Assembly (NCBI GenBank): GCA_039028615.1
Contig: JBCCHT010000002.1
Span: forward strand, 288,001-352,000
Origin: Myxococcota bacterium
GTDB taxonomy: Bacteria; Myxococcota_A; Polyangia; Nannocystales; Nannocystaceae
DNA length: 64,000 bases
Direction of reading: 5' to 3'
Of this stretch, positions 1-9,739 are shown one piece after another. A program made the position numbers and the translations under genes. How positions within the stretch are numbered: the first letter of the stretch is position 1; every line of letters starts with the position of its first letter. The notes below the pieces were generated by a model. It was given only the letters and a program-made list of their open reading frames with translations, ran no database searches and was not told where the DNA came from.

Positions 1-111
1 CGCGCCATCGGGCTGCTCCCCTTCTCGATGATCACGGGCGGCCTGCTCGGAGCCATCGGCGGGGCGGCCATCGGGGCCGCGTGTGCTCTCGTGGGTCGAC
101 TGCGGCGCTGA
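1..111 (+). CDS. 3' end of a membrane protein (partial, starts before the window)
   Basis: Frame 1 reads RAIGLLPFSMITGGLLGAIGGAAIGAACALVGRLRR-TGA (hydrophobic helix plus basic tail) and is followed by a terminator. Confidence 0.6.
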   Translation, partial: RAIGLLPFSMITGGLLGAIGGAAIGAACALVGRLRR

Positions 112-137
112 AGCCTATCGAGTTTGGGGCTCGACGA

Positions 138-167
138 GGGTGCTCGCTTTGGCGGGTGCCCTTTTTT
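138..167 (+). terminator. Rho-independent terminator of the upstream + strand gene
   Basis: GGGTGCTCGC-TTTG-GCGGGTGCCC hairpin (G-U pairs on this strand) followed by a T run. Confidence 0.7.
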
Positions 168-196
168 CGTGCAGGCGCGGGAGGGAGCTGGGTTGA

Positions 197-459
197 GCGC
201 TCGAGTTGTAGGGAGGTTGGCGTGCCGGTCGGGCAGGTCGCCTGTTCGCCGGATTGAGTATTCCGGCCGTGCTCAAACAGTGGTTTCACTCCTTGTCACA
301 GCGTACCTACGCGCAAGAGCTTGGCAGACCGCGTCTGGTTGTGGGCGAGTCGCTACCAAAACTGCGCGCGCCCGGAATACTCAACCCGACGACGGCTCCC
401 GCTTCACTCGGTACGACGGGGCCGATCCATGGGGGCGGGTTTCGGGTTGGTGGCGCGCC
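197..459. repeat. Left arm of a long inverted repeat
   Basis: 197-404 is the reverse complement of 737-944 with 3 mismatches by manual comparison; similarity decays towards 459/681. Confidence 0.95.
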
Positions 460-680
460 CTGGGGACCTACGGGACCTCCTCGGTGTTCGCACGAGTACT
501 CCGCCACGTGACTGCGTCTCACAACTGCTCGAGTCGAACTCTCTTCAAGAACACTCGAAGTGCACCGCGGGGCCGTTCAGGCGAGCCCTCCGCAAACGAA
601 CCTCAACGGAATGGCCCGCTCCCTTCGCTCGCAGAGCACTCCGCACAACCGCGGGTTGGTCGCCACGCGGTCCACCAAAC

Positions 681-944
681 GGCGCACCACCGACCCCAAA
701 CCCCGCCCCTTCGGATCGGCCCAGCCATACCGAGCCAAGCGGGAGCCGTCGTCGGGTTGAGTATTCCGGGCGCGCGCAGTTTTGGTAGCGACTCGCCCAC
801 AACCAGACGCGGTCTGCCAAGCCCTTGCGCGTAGGTACGCTGTGACAAGGAGTGAAACCACTGTTTGAGCACGGCCGGAATACTCAATCCGGCGAACAGG
901 CGACCTGCCCCACCGGCACGCCAACCTCCCCACAACTCGAGCGC
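681..944. repeat. Right arm of a long inverted repeat
   Basis: Reverse complement of 197-459; contains an internal 21-bp stem 749-769/875-895. Confidence 0.95.
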
Positions 945-997
945 CAAACCCGTCCCCGCGCCCGCGCCCGCGCCCGAACACCTCACTCCCAAAAACC

Positions 998-1035
998 AAA
1001 AGAAAAGGGGCACCCGCCAAAGCGAGCACCCCTTT
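998..1035 (-). terminator. Rho-independent terminator of groESL
   Basis: Minus strand GGGGTGCTCGC-TTTG-GCGGGTGCCCC-TTTTCTTT about 30 nt after the groEL stop. Confidence 0.8.
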
Positions 1036-1063
1036 CGATGGCGACCCCGAAGGGCCCGAGCAC

Positions 1064-2728
<1,665 letters not shown>

Positions 2729-2748
2729 CTAAAAACCGGTGGGGGCGA

Positions 2749-3039
2749 TTAGCCCTCGATGACGGCGAGGATCTCTTCCTCGCGCAGGACGATGTGCTCT
2801 TCGCCGTCGAGCTTCAGCTCGGTGCCGGCGTACTTGCCGAAGAGGACCTCGTCGCCCTTCTTGACGTCGAGGGCGAGGCGATTGCCATCGCCGTCGCGCT
2901 TGCCCTCGCCAGTGGCGACGACCTTGCCGCGAGCGGGCTTCTCTTTGGCGCTATCGGGGATGTAAAGACCGCCAGCGGTCTTGGTCTCCTCGGCCACGCG
3001 CGTGACCACGACGCGGTCGTGCAGGGGACGGATCTTCAT
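2749..3039 (-). CDS. groES: Co-chaperonin GroES
   Basis: [12 protein letters not shown]...[15 protein letters not shown]...GKYAGTE; GGAG RBS upstream of the ATG at 3039. Confidence 0.98.
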   Translation of the reverse strand: MKIRPLHDRVVVTRVAEETKTAGGLYIPDSAKEKPARGKVVATGEGKRDGDGNRLALDVKKGDEVLFGKYAGTELKLDGEEHIVLREEEILAVIEG

Positions 3040-3154
3040 CGGTGATTCTCCTGGCTGAACTTTGTGGGGTGAAGTGGGAGGCGCGGCTCGAATCGAAATG
3101 GCTCGAGGCCGCAAACCGCCGGGCATCCTCGCGAGATCGCTGAGGATTCCTTCT

Positions 3155-3181
3155 CTGGCACTCGGACCCCCCGAGTGCTAG
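3155..3181. promoter_or_regulatory. CIRCE element (HrcA operator)
   Basis: CTGGCACTC-N9-GAGTGCTAG matches the TTAGCACTC-N9-GAGTGCTAA consensus, upstream of groES. Confidence 0.92.
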
Positions 3182-3189
3182 GCGGGCGC

Positions 3190-3217
3190 ACTCTAACCTC
3201 ACCGCTCGACGGGTCAA
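3190..3217 (-). promoter_or_regulatory. Putative sigma70-type promoter of groESL
   Basis: TTGACC-N16-TAGAGT just upstream of the CIRCE element. Confidence 0.55.
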
Positions 3218-3369
3218 CCCGACCCCGAAGAAAAAATCCGAGTCCTCCGTGCACATAGCCGTGGGCTGTCTCACACTTAAACAGCAGGGGCACACAAGAG
3301 CCCCCGTAGGTCGTCCCGGGCCGCTCTACGACGAAAGGAAACGCACTCCTCGAACGAGGTGAATGACAC

Positions 3370-3957
3370 ATGGACGATTCAATGGCGCTGCACCACCACA
3401 CCCTCGAGTCCTTCTTCTTCGAGGAAATCGACCACGCCCAAAAACGAAGTGGGCACAGCCTCTCAGGGACGGTCGAAGCCTATGTGGTCGGCCTATTGGC
3501 TCGTTTCGCGCGTCGAACTCAGGTCGCGGGGCGTAAGAGTCGGCCGCTCGCGCTCGACTACCTCAGCGCCCGCGGCGAGCGGGGATCGGCCCGTGCCACT
3601 GCCCTGCGAGGCGTCGGCGACCGGGCGCTGTACATCAGCGGCGTCGCGCCACGTAGTCTGCATCGCAGCCCGGTCAACGTCCGATACATCCGGGGGATCG
3701 GCGAAGCCGCCTACCGCGAGGTCGCCGATCGCAGCGAATGGAGCGGCGCCCTCGCCGTCCTCGGAGAGCTCGCCGAGAGCTTCGAGGGGGTGGCCGAAGT
3801 GATCAGCGCGGTGGTCGACCTCGACGCCAAGTCCGGCACCTCGGATCTGCTCGGCCTGTACGAACGCTGGCGTCGCGACGGCGACCCTCGGGACCGCCGT
3901 CGCCTGCTGGAAGCCGGCGTATTCCTCGACACCGCCGGCTCCGACCAGGTCCAATGA
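3370..3957 (+). CDS. Hypothetical protein
   Basis: Genome-typical codon usage; LRGVGDRALYISG and YIRGIGEAAY segments; stop overlaps next start (ATGA). Confidence 0.75.
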   Translation: MDDSMALHHHTLESFFFEEIDHAQKRSGHSLSGTVEAYVVGLLARFARRTQVAGRKSRPLALDYLSARGERGSARATALRGVGDRALYISGVAPRSLHRSPVNVRYIRGIGEAAYREVADRSEWSGALAVLGELAESFEGVAEVISAVVDLDAKSGTSDLLGLYERWRRDGDPRDRRRLLEAGVFLDTAGSDQVQ

Positions 3958-4583
3958 GCACGGCGGCCACCGGTTCGCTGCTGCAACGACTCTACCGGGG
4001 GCTCGAGGCTCTGTACCAGACCGAGACGGGGGTCGACCCCGAGGCGCTCGTCGTCCGTCGACCCCCGCAGCCCGGTGCCCGCGAGCTGCTGCTGCTGCGC
4101 GAGGCCGAGGACGGCGACCTCGAAGTCGCGCTCGTCTTCGACGAACAGATGCTCGCCCGCTTCGAGAGCAGCGTGGCCGACCGAGCGTTGTCCGACGAGA
4201 ACCTGCACGACGCGATCCCTGTCGTCGAAGGCCTCAGTCACCTGGTCTACATCGCCGAGGCCGCCCGCCAGAACCGACCGGTGAGCGGCCTCGAGCTCGA
4301 GACCCAGGCCGAGGTCGACAAGCTGGGCCTGTGTTTGCTGCAGCGCTGGCCCGACGCCCGCGATCACTTCGATCGCCTGGTGGACCGGCTCTACTATCGC
4401 TTCGAGCTGCACCCCATGAGCGACGCCCTGGCGCGACGCTATCGAACCGCGAACCGGCTGGCGCTCGGCTTCTCGCGGCAGCTTCGACCTCACGTGGCCG
4501 AGGGCCGGCTCGACGCGCTGCGCCGCGAGCTCCGAGACTTCTGGGGCGCGTCGATGGACGGCAAGCGCTCGCGCGCCGCCTGA
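3954..4583 (+). CDS. Hypothetical protein (EGxSH...ELExQAEVDK motif)
   Basis: ATG at 3954 coupled to the previous stop; genome-typical codon usage. Confidence 0.75.
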   Translation: MSTAATGSLLQRLYRGLEALYQTETGVDPEALVVRRPPQPGARELLLLREAEDGDLEVALVFDEQMLARFESSVADRALSDENLHDAIPVVEGLSHLVYIAEAARQNRPVSGLELETQAEVDKLGLCLLQRWPDARDHFDRLVDRLYYRFELHPMSDALARRYRTANRLALGFSRQLRPHVAEGRLDALRRELRDFWGASMDGKRSRAA

Positions 4584-4628
4584 GCTCCCGAGCGTCGAGA
4601 GCAGGCGGCGGGCCCACGCGTTCGTCCC

Positions 4629-5720
4629 CTACTCCGTCAGCAGCTGGTGGGTCGCGATCTCGTCGTCGGTCATCCAGTGGATGTCCTCGGCGGGCGCGGC
4701 CGCGAGCGTGAACCAGTAGAAGTCGGGGCCGAGCGGGTCACCCAACATCTCGATGAAGTACGCGAGCTGAGACTCGTGAGCGGGGTGGTCCTGGGGGTAG
4801 TCCGCGCCGTCCATCACTCCATCGGACCACGAGTGGACCCCGAGCATCGCGCCCGGCTCGATCGAGCGCTCGAAGCCGGCGCAGAACAAGTCGACCCCGC
4901 CCGAGGCGATCTGGCCGTCCGCAGGGACGAAGGTGCCCCAGCCCGCCTCGCGGATCAGGCGGCCGGTCTGCACGTTGACCTCGTCGTTGATGGAGCCCGG
5001 TACGTCTTGCATCACGAGCGTGTCGACCTCGGGGCGCTGCTCGATGATGGCGTCGACCTGGCGATACGTGACGCTGCCCAGCGTGCCCTCGAGGGTGGCG
5101 GTCGACCCGTCGATCGCGAAGCGAGACGTGCCCGCCCCGAAGAAGAAGCACGCGGAGAGGGTGCGAGTCTCTGAGCCGTCGGACTGTTGCACGATCATCG
5201 GGTCGACCGAGACCGAGCCGAGCTCTTCGTCGAAGCTGATGCCGTCGGTCTGGCCCTCGAAGAGGGTCTCCCCTTCGAGCCACAGGACCGCCCCGGTGGG
5301 TTCTTCGCTCGCGGCATCGATGGGAACGAGCAGCACGCGGTCGCCCATGATGACTGCGATGGCGAGCATGCCGTCGATGTCGGTGGGAGCGACCTCCTCG
5401 ACTTCGAGGGCTTGGTCATCGACCCGGATGGCACCGGAGGCCACCCCATCGATGAGGTCGTCGAAGCTCAGGCGATCGATCGAGACGCACTCGGCCGGGG
5501 GCCCGAGATCGGTGCCTCCGCTCGTGTCGTCGGCGTGGGTGGGAGCGGTCGTAGACTCCGTCGCATCGTCGACGGCGGCGCTGCTCGTGCTTCCGTCGGC
5601 CGACTCGGTCGCGCTCGACGGCGTCTGCGTGTCTTCGGCACCCGGAGCGACCGGGCACGCGGCGGCACTCAGGGTCAGGAGCGAAAGGAAAGGGACTTGG
5701 ACTCGGGTCCAGTGGGACAT
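4629..5720 (-). CDS. Lipoprotein with C-terminal COG3904-like (ClpP/crotonase-fold) domain
   Basis: Signal peptide ending in AAAC, S/T/D-rich linker, VPGSINDE, IASGGVDLFCAG, GVHSW, FTLAAAPA motifs. Confidence 0.7.
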   Translation of the reverse strand: MSHWTRVQVPFLSLLTLSAAACPVAPGAEDTQTPSSATESADGSTSSAAVDDATESTTAPTHADDTSGGTDLGPPAECVSIDRLSFDDLIDGVASGAIRVDDQALEVEEVAPTDIDGMLAIAVIMGDRVLLVPIDAASEEPTGAVLWLEGETLFEGQTDGISFDEELGSVSVDPMIVQQSDGSETRTLSACFFFGAGTSRFAIDGSTATLEGTLGSVTYRQVDAIIEQRPEVDTLVMQDVPGSINDEVNVQTGRLIREAGWGTFVPADGQIASGGVDLFCAGFERSIEPGAMLGVHSWSDGVMDGADYPQDHPAHESQLAYFIEMLGDPLGPDFYWFTLAAAPAEDIHWMTDDEIATHQLLTE

Positions 5721-6053
5721 GGCGAATGCCTCGGTCGGTTGCGATGACGCACCGAGGACCGAGAGGCACGCATATGCCCGAAGCAGCTCCACGTAGGATC
5801 AGCGCCGCTCCCGGTCACCTGCGGGCCACCGAGAACCGGAGAGCGCCACCAGCTGACTGAGATCGGGCGGTAACAAGCACGTCCCGCGGCTCCGATCATG
5901 TCCGAAAGATACTGTCGTCCGAGGGCGGCGCAAGCCGGGACCGCGTTCGCTCACGAACGAGGGGTGACGCGTCGCACCAGGGCCACGAGCGCCCGAAGAA
6001 ACCGGTCGAACGCCTGAAACCTCGCGGCGACGCGGTCGGCGGAACGCCGAGGC

Positions 6054-6836
6054 TCAGAAGCAGACCGCGGTGTCGCCCTTCAGCGGGAAGCACTCCTGCC
6101 CCTCGGGGCACTCGGGTGCTTCGAGATCGCAGGGCAGCAAGCATGCCGCGATCACCTCGTCATTGGCGACCGCACAGACCCGCTCCGCGTCGGCACAGGT
6201 CGGTGGTTCGATCGACTCGCAGAACGACACGCAGGTTCCGGTCAGGGCGTCGGGATCGACGTGAAAGCACATCGACGTGGCATCGCAATCGTCGATACCG
6301 CTGGTGGGCGAGCCGACCATGGTGCAGGGTTCACCCGCAGCGGCGGGGGTGTCCGAGATCGGAGCGCAGCGGGTGGCGTTCCATGCTTCGCCGCCATCGT
6401 TGGCCCACGGCATGCACTTTTCCCCGTCGGGGCAATCTTGCTCGATGATGTCGCACTCGTTCTCGACGCCACCGTCCGCGCCCCCGCCGTAGATGAAACC
6501 GGCGCCGGAGTTGGAATCGTCGACACCGCTGTCGGCATCGGTGGTGGTCGTGTCGAAGGCACCGCCCGACGAGTCCGCCGCCCCATTGGAGGTGGAGGTG
6601 AACGAGTCCTGATTGCCGTCGTCCGCGGGCGAGGTGGCGGTGGTGGTCACGTTGGCTCCGCCCGAGCCGTCGCCGCCCGACGGGAGCGTGCCGTCGTCGC
6701 TGCAGCCGACGAGGACCCCGGCCAGCCCGAGCACCGCGATCAGGGGGGCGCCGACTTCGCGAAGCGGGGCCCGGCAGAACGGGCACGACGGTTCGGAGGC
6801 GCGGACATGCCGGTCACAGCTCGGGCAGCTCTTCAT
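6054..6836 (-). CDS. Cys-rich lipoprotein with N-terminal CxxCxRH...CPFC leader; candidate radical SAM substrate
   Basis: CPSCDRHV-CPFC, hydrophobic stretch with LVGC lipobox, single Tyr in GFIYGG, C-terminal ECD..QDCP.GEKCMPW.NDGG Cys-rich domain. Confidence 0.85.
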   Translation of the reverse strand: MKSCPSCDRHVRASEPSCPFCRAPLREVGAPLIAVLGLAGVLVGCSDDGTLPSGGDGSGGANVTTTATSPADDGNQDSFTSTSNGAADSSGGAFDTTTTDADSGVDDSNSGAGFIYGGGADGGVENECDIIEQDCPDGEKCMPWANDGGEAWNATRCAPISDTPAAAGEPCTMVGSPTSGIDDCDATSMCFHVDPDALTGTCVSFCESIEPPTCADAERVCAVANDEVIAACLLPCDLEAPECPEGQECFPLKGDTAVCF

Positions 6837-6876
6837 TGCCCTTCAAGGCTAACAAAACAAACTACTATTACCAACA

Positions 6877-8118
6877 TCATTCGGCGCCAGGGCCGAATGG
6901 TTCGACGATCAGCTCAAAGGCGCCCATCCCGAACGGCTCGTCGGGGGCGGCCTTGGTCATGACCACACGCTCGCGCAATCCACGCTCTCGCAGATCGAGC
7001 ACTCGGTGATGGCAGTACGGGTTGTTGCCGGGGCGACCGAACAGCGGCTCCGCGGTGGCAGTGCAGCCGGCCTTGCAGGTCTCGGCGTAGTAGCAGTCGC
7101 GGCAGTAGCCCCACAGATCGTCGACGGTACGGCGCTCGAGGGCGCGAATCTGCGGCGCCTCTTCCCACAGCTTCATCAGGCTCTGCTCGCGCACGTTGCC
7201 GCCCGTATTGGCCGGGCCCCCGAGGCTGGGGCAGCTCTTGATCGCACCGTTGGACTCGATGCCCAGACCGGTGCGCCCCGCCTGACACCCCTGGTAGTGG
7301 GCGTCGGCGTTCTGGTTGCGACGCAGCCTCTTTTCGAGCGGACCGAAGTAGCCGAGGTTGTTGCCCGGCCAAAACCGAATGCCCCGGGCGTCGCACAGAT
7401 CGAGCACCCCTTCGAGCTCTTCGTAGACCTCGACCAGCATGTAGGGCTGCAAGACCATCTCGGTGTGATCGGCCGCGTTACCGTGCGCGATGGTGAGGAA
7501 CATCTGCCAGACCCCGACCCCCGCGTCGGCGAGCAGCCCCCCCAGCTCGACCAGCTCCCCCATGGTGCCGCGGTTGATCTGCGAGTTGGCGCCGAGCCTG
7601 ATGCCCGCCTCCTTCGCGAACCGAAGCGCATCGAAGGCCCGCGTCCATCCGCCCGGCGTGCCGCGCAGCGCATCGTGGGTGGACTCGAGACCATCGATGG
7701 ACACGGAGATGAGCTCGATGCCCGCCTCGGCCAGCGCTTCCACGCGGGGGCGAGTGAGGGTGAGGCCTCCCGTGGTCATGGTGGCCTTCATGCCGCGCTG
7801 CCGAATGTGCCGGACCACCGCCAAGACATCGTCGCGGAGATAGGCCTCGCCCCCGATCATGGTGACCTCGCCGACCCCGAGATCGGCGAGTTCATCGACC
7901 AGATCGAGCGACTCTTGCAGGGTGAGCTCATCGGGCCGAGCCTTGCCCGCCCGCGGGCCGCAGGCCTGGCAGCGCTGGTCGCAGGCCAGCGTGAACTCCC
8001 AGACCGCATACGTGGGCGAGGGGCGTTCGCGAACCTTGCGGTCGTTGAAGTAGCGATCGCGAGACTTGGGCAATCCGTCCACGACGGGCAAGCGACGGCG
8101 TGCTCGATGCAACGACAT
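6877..8118 (-). CDS. Radical SAM/SPASM maturase, splicease (PlpX-like; TIGR03913/TIGR04103-like) family
   Basis: AVWEFTLACDQRCQACGPRAG (CX3CX2C), GGEAYLR, SVSIDG, GNNLGYFG, GCQAG...GIESNGAIKSCPSL, LWGYCRDCYYAETCKAGC, GNNPYCHHR. Confidence 0.9.
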   Translation of the reverse strand: MSLHRARRRLPVVDGLPKSRDRYFNDRKVRERPSPTYAVWEFTLACDQRCQACGPRAGKARPDELTLQESLDLVDELADLGVGEVTMIGGEAYLRDDVLAVVRHIRQRGMKATMTTGGLTLTRPRVEALAEAGIELISVSIDGLESTHDALRGTPGGWTRAFDALRFAKEAGIRLGANSQINRGTMGELVELGGLLADAGVGVWQMFLTIAHGNAADHTEMVLQPYMLVEVYEELEGVLDLCDARGIRFWPGNNLGYFGPLEKRLRRNQNADAHYQGCQAGRTGLGIESNGAIKSCPSLGGPANTGGNVREQSLMKLWEEAPQIRALERRTVDDLWGYCRDCYYAETCKAGCTATAEPLFGRPGNNPYCHHRVLDLRERGLRERVVMTKAAPDEPFGMGAFELIVEPFGPGAE

Positions 8119-8172
8119 GCCGCTTCACGGTAGCAGACGGAGCGTTCGGGGCTCGGCGGATCGGTCGTTGCT

Positions 8173-8739
8173 ATGGTGGATGCGGTGAGCCAGATCGGCG
8201 ACTTCCTCGAGCGGGCGCGGGCCGCCGACGCGCCCCCCGTGTGCTGGGACGAACCGCCGTGGGACGGCGCCCAGGCGGCATTGCACTGGCTTCGACTCGC
8301 TCCCCCACCCTCTCGCCGGACCGTCGCTGCACGCCCGGTCTCGCGGGACGAGGTCGCACGGCTATGCGTGGCCATGGTCGCGACGTGCTTCGATGGACCC
8401 GGGCCCCCCTCGTGGTCGAGTCATGGGTTGGAGACCGCGCTCGATGCCGTGGCGGCCGCGACCGGGGACACGCCAGAGCCTCTGCTCGTCGCCGCTTGGA
8501 ACGAGCTCGGCACTCGCTCCCTCGATCGCGTGACCAACAACTTCTGCCGTGCGCTCGGGATCTGCGTGTTGACGTGGGAGCCCAAAGAGCGTCCGTGGGA
8601 TCTGCGGTGGATGCTCGAGCCGGGCACCCAGGCGCAGCTATGCCTGCGCTACTGGACGATGGCCAAGCGACCCGAGCTGTGGAACGACGAGCTCGAAGCA
8701 ACCACCGTGGCCTCGCTGGGACCGCACGCCGAGCCCTGA
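8173..8739 (+). CDS. Hypothetical protein
   Basis: ATG-started ORF divergent from the rSAM gene; no recognisable motif. Confidence 0.5.
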   Translation: MVDAVSQIGDFLERARAADAPPVCWDEPPWDGAQAALHWLRLAPPPSRRTVAARPVSRDEVARLCVAMVATCFDGPGPPSWSSHGLETALDAVAAATGDTPEPLLVAAWNELGTRSLDRVTNNFCRALGICVLTWEPKERPWDLRWMLEPGTQAQLCLRYWTMAKRPELWNDELEATTVASLGPHAEP

Positions 8740-8918
8740 CTCGTCCTGCCTGTGGCACGCTGCCCCCAAGGGGCGGTGGCAACGTGGGGACGGTGCAGCG
8801 AGCCAGGCGCCGCACCGCCATAAAACGCCGAATGTGACCGCCAGCGCCGCGATCGGATGCACGCCGGCTCGGGTTCGCTAGGTCGTTGGCGTTCGTTCTC
8901 CTTACCGACTGGCAAATC

Positions 8919-9737
8919 ATGAGCTTCACGACAACGCTGGTGATCGCTGCGTTCTTCGCCGCCTCCGAGCCCGGCTCCGCCGCAAACGAGACCCGTGAAC
9001 TCTTCGATCGGGCCGCAACGCAGTACCAAACGTCGGACTACCGCGGGGCCGTGGACTCCTATACGGAAGCGTATCGCCTCTCGTCGTCCATCGAAGACTC
9101 GGAGCTTCGAGGCAGCGTCCAGGCGGCCATTTTGTACAACCTCGCTCGGGCGCACTCCAAGGCGTACCGATTCGACGAGAACCCCGAGCACCTGCGACAG
9201 CAGATCGATCTGCTCGAGAAATACCTGGCGCAGACCGCCGACCTGGCCGACCAACAGGACGCGCGAGCGCTGCTAGCCGAGGCCCGCAAAGAGCTGGAGA
9301 TCGTGCTCGCCACCGAATCCCCGGAAGAGCCGGAGTCCGACGCTGACGAAGCTCGGTCGACCGAGGGAATCTTCCTCGCCACGACGCCCTCGCCTACGGA
9401 CGACGAGCCCCCCAAGGGGCGCGGCATGGAGATCGCCGGCTACGTCCTGTTGGGCCTCGGCGTGGGCTCGGGAGGCGCCGCCATCACTGGGGCCGTGCTC
9501 TCCAATCGCGCCCGCGACGAGCACATCGCCGGTCCGACCCTCTCCGACCGAAACGCAGCCGAGTCCAAGGGGTCGCTCGGCAATGGGCTGATCGTAGGGG
9601 GCTCCGTGGCCGCCGGAGTACTCGTCACGACCGGCGTTGCGCTGCTCATCGCGGGGCGAAAACGAAGAAACGGACCGACCCCCACGGCTTGGGTGTCGCC
9701 GAACGGCGCAGGCATCTCGATGGGAGGGCGGTTTTAG
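8919..9737 (+). CDS. Exported TPR-like protein with C-terminal membrane hairpin
   Basis: Signal peptide, helical TPR-like segment (YRGAVDSYTEAY, ILYNLARAH), two hydrophobic helices, C-terminal GISMGGRF. Confidence 0.75.
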   Translation: MSFTTTLVIAAFFAASEPGSAANETRELFDRAATQYQTSDYRGAVDSYTEAYRLSSSIEDSELRGSVQAAILYNLARAHSKAYRFDENPEHLRQQIDLLEKYLAQTADLADQQDARALLAEARKELEIVLATESPEEPESDADEARSTEGIFLATTPSPTDDEPPKGRGMEIAGYVLLGLGVGSGGAAITGAVLSNRARDEHIAGPTLSDRNAAESKGSLGNGLIVGGSVAAGVLVTTGVALLIAGRKRRNGPTPTAWVSPNGAGISMGGRF

Positions 9738-9739
9738 TC

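Noticed and set aside
840..860. CTGTGA...GAAAC resembling a hammerhead ribozyme core
   Set aside because: Lacks the invariant A of CUGANGA and has no stem II closing pair.
955..976. (CCCGCG)n short tandem repeat
   Set aside because: Low-complexity GC run of about four units with no spacers; not CRISPR-like.
6837..6876. AT-rich spacer between the rSAM gene and its candidate substrate
   Set aside because: Only 40 bp; no small ORF or hairpin; consistent with an unstructured translation-initiation region.
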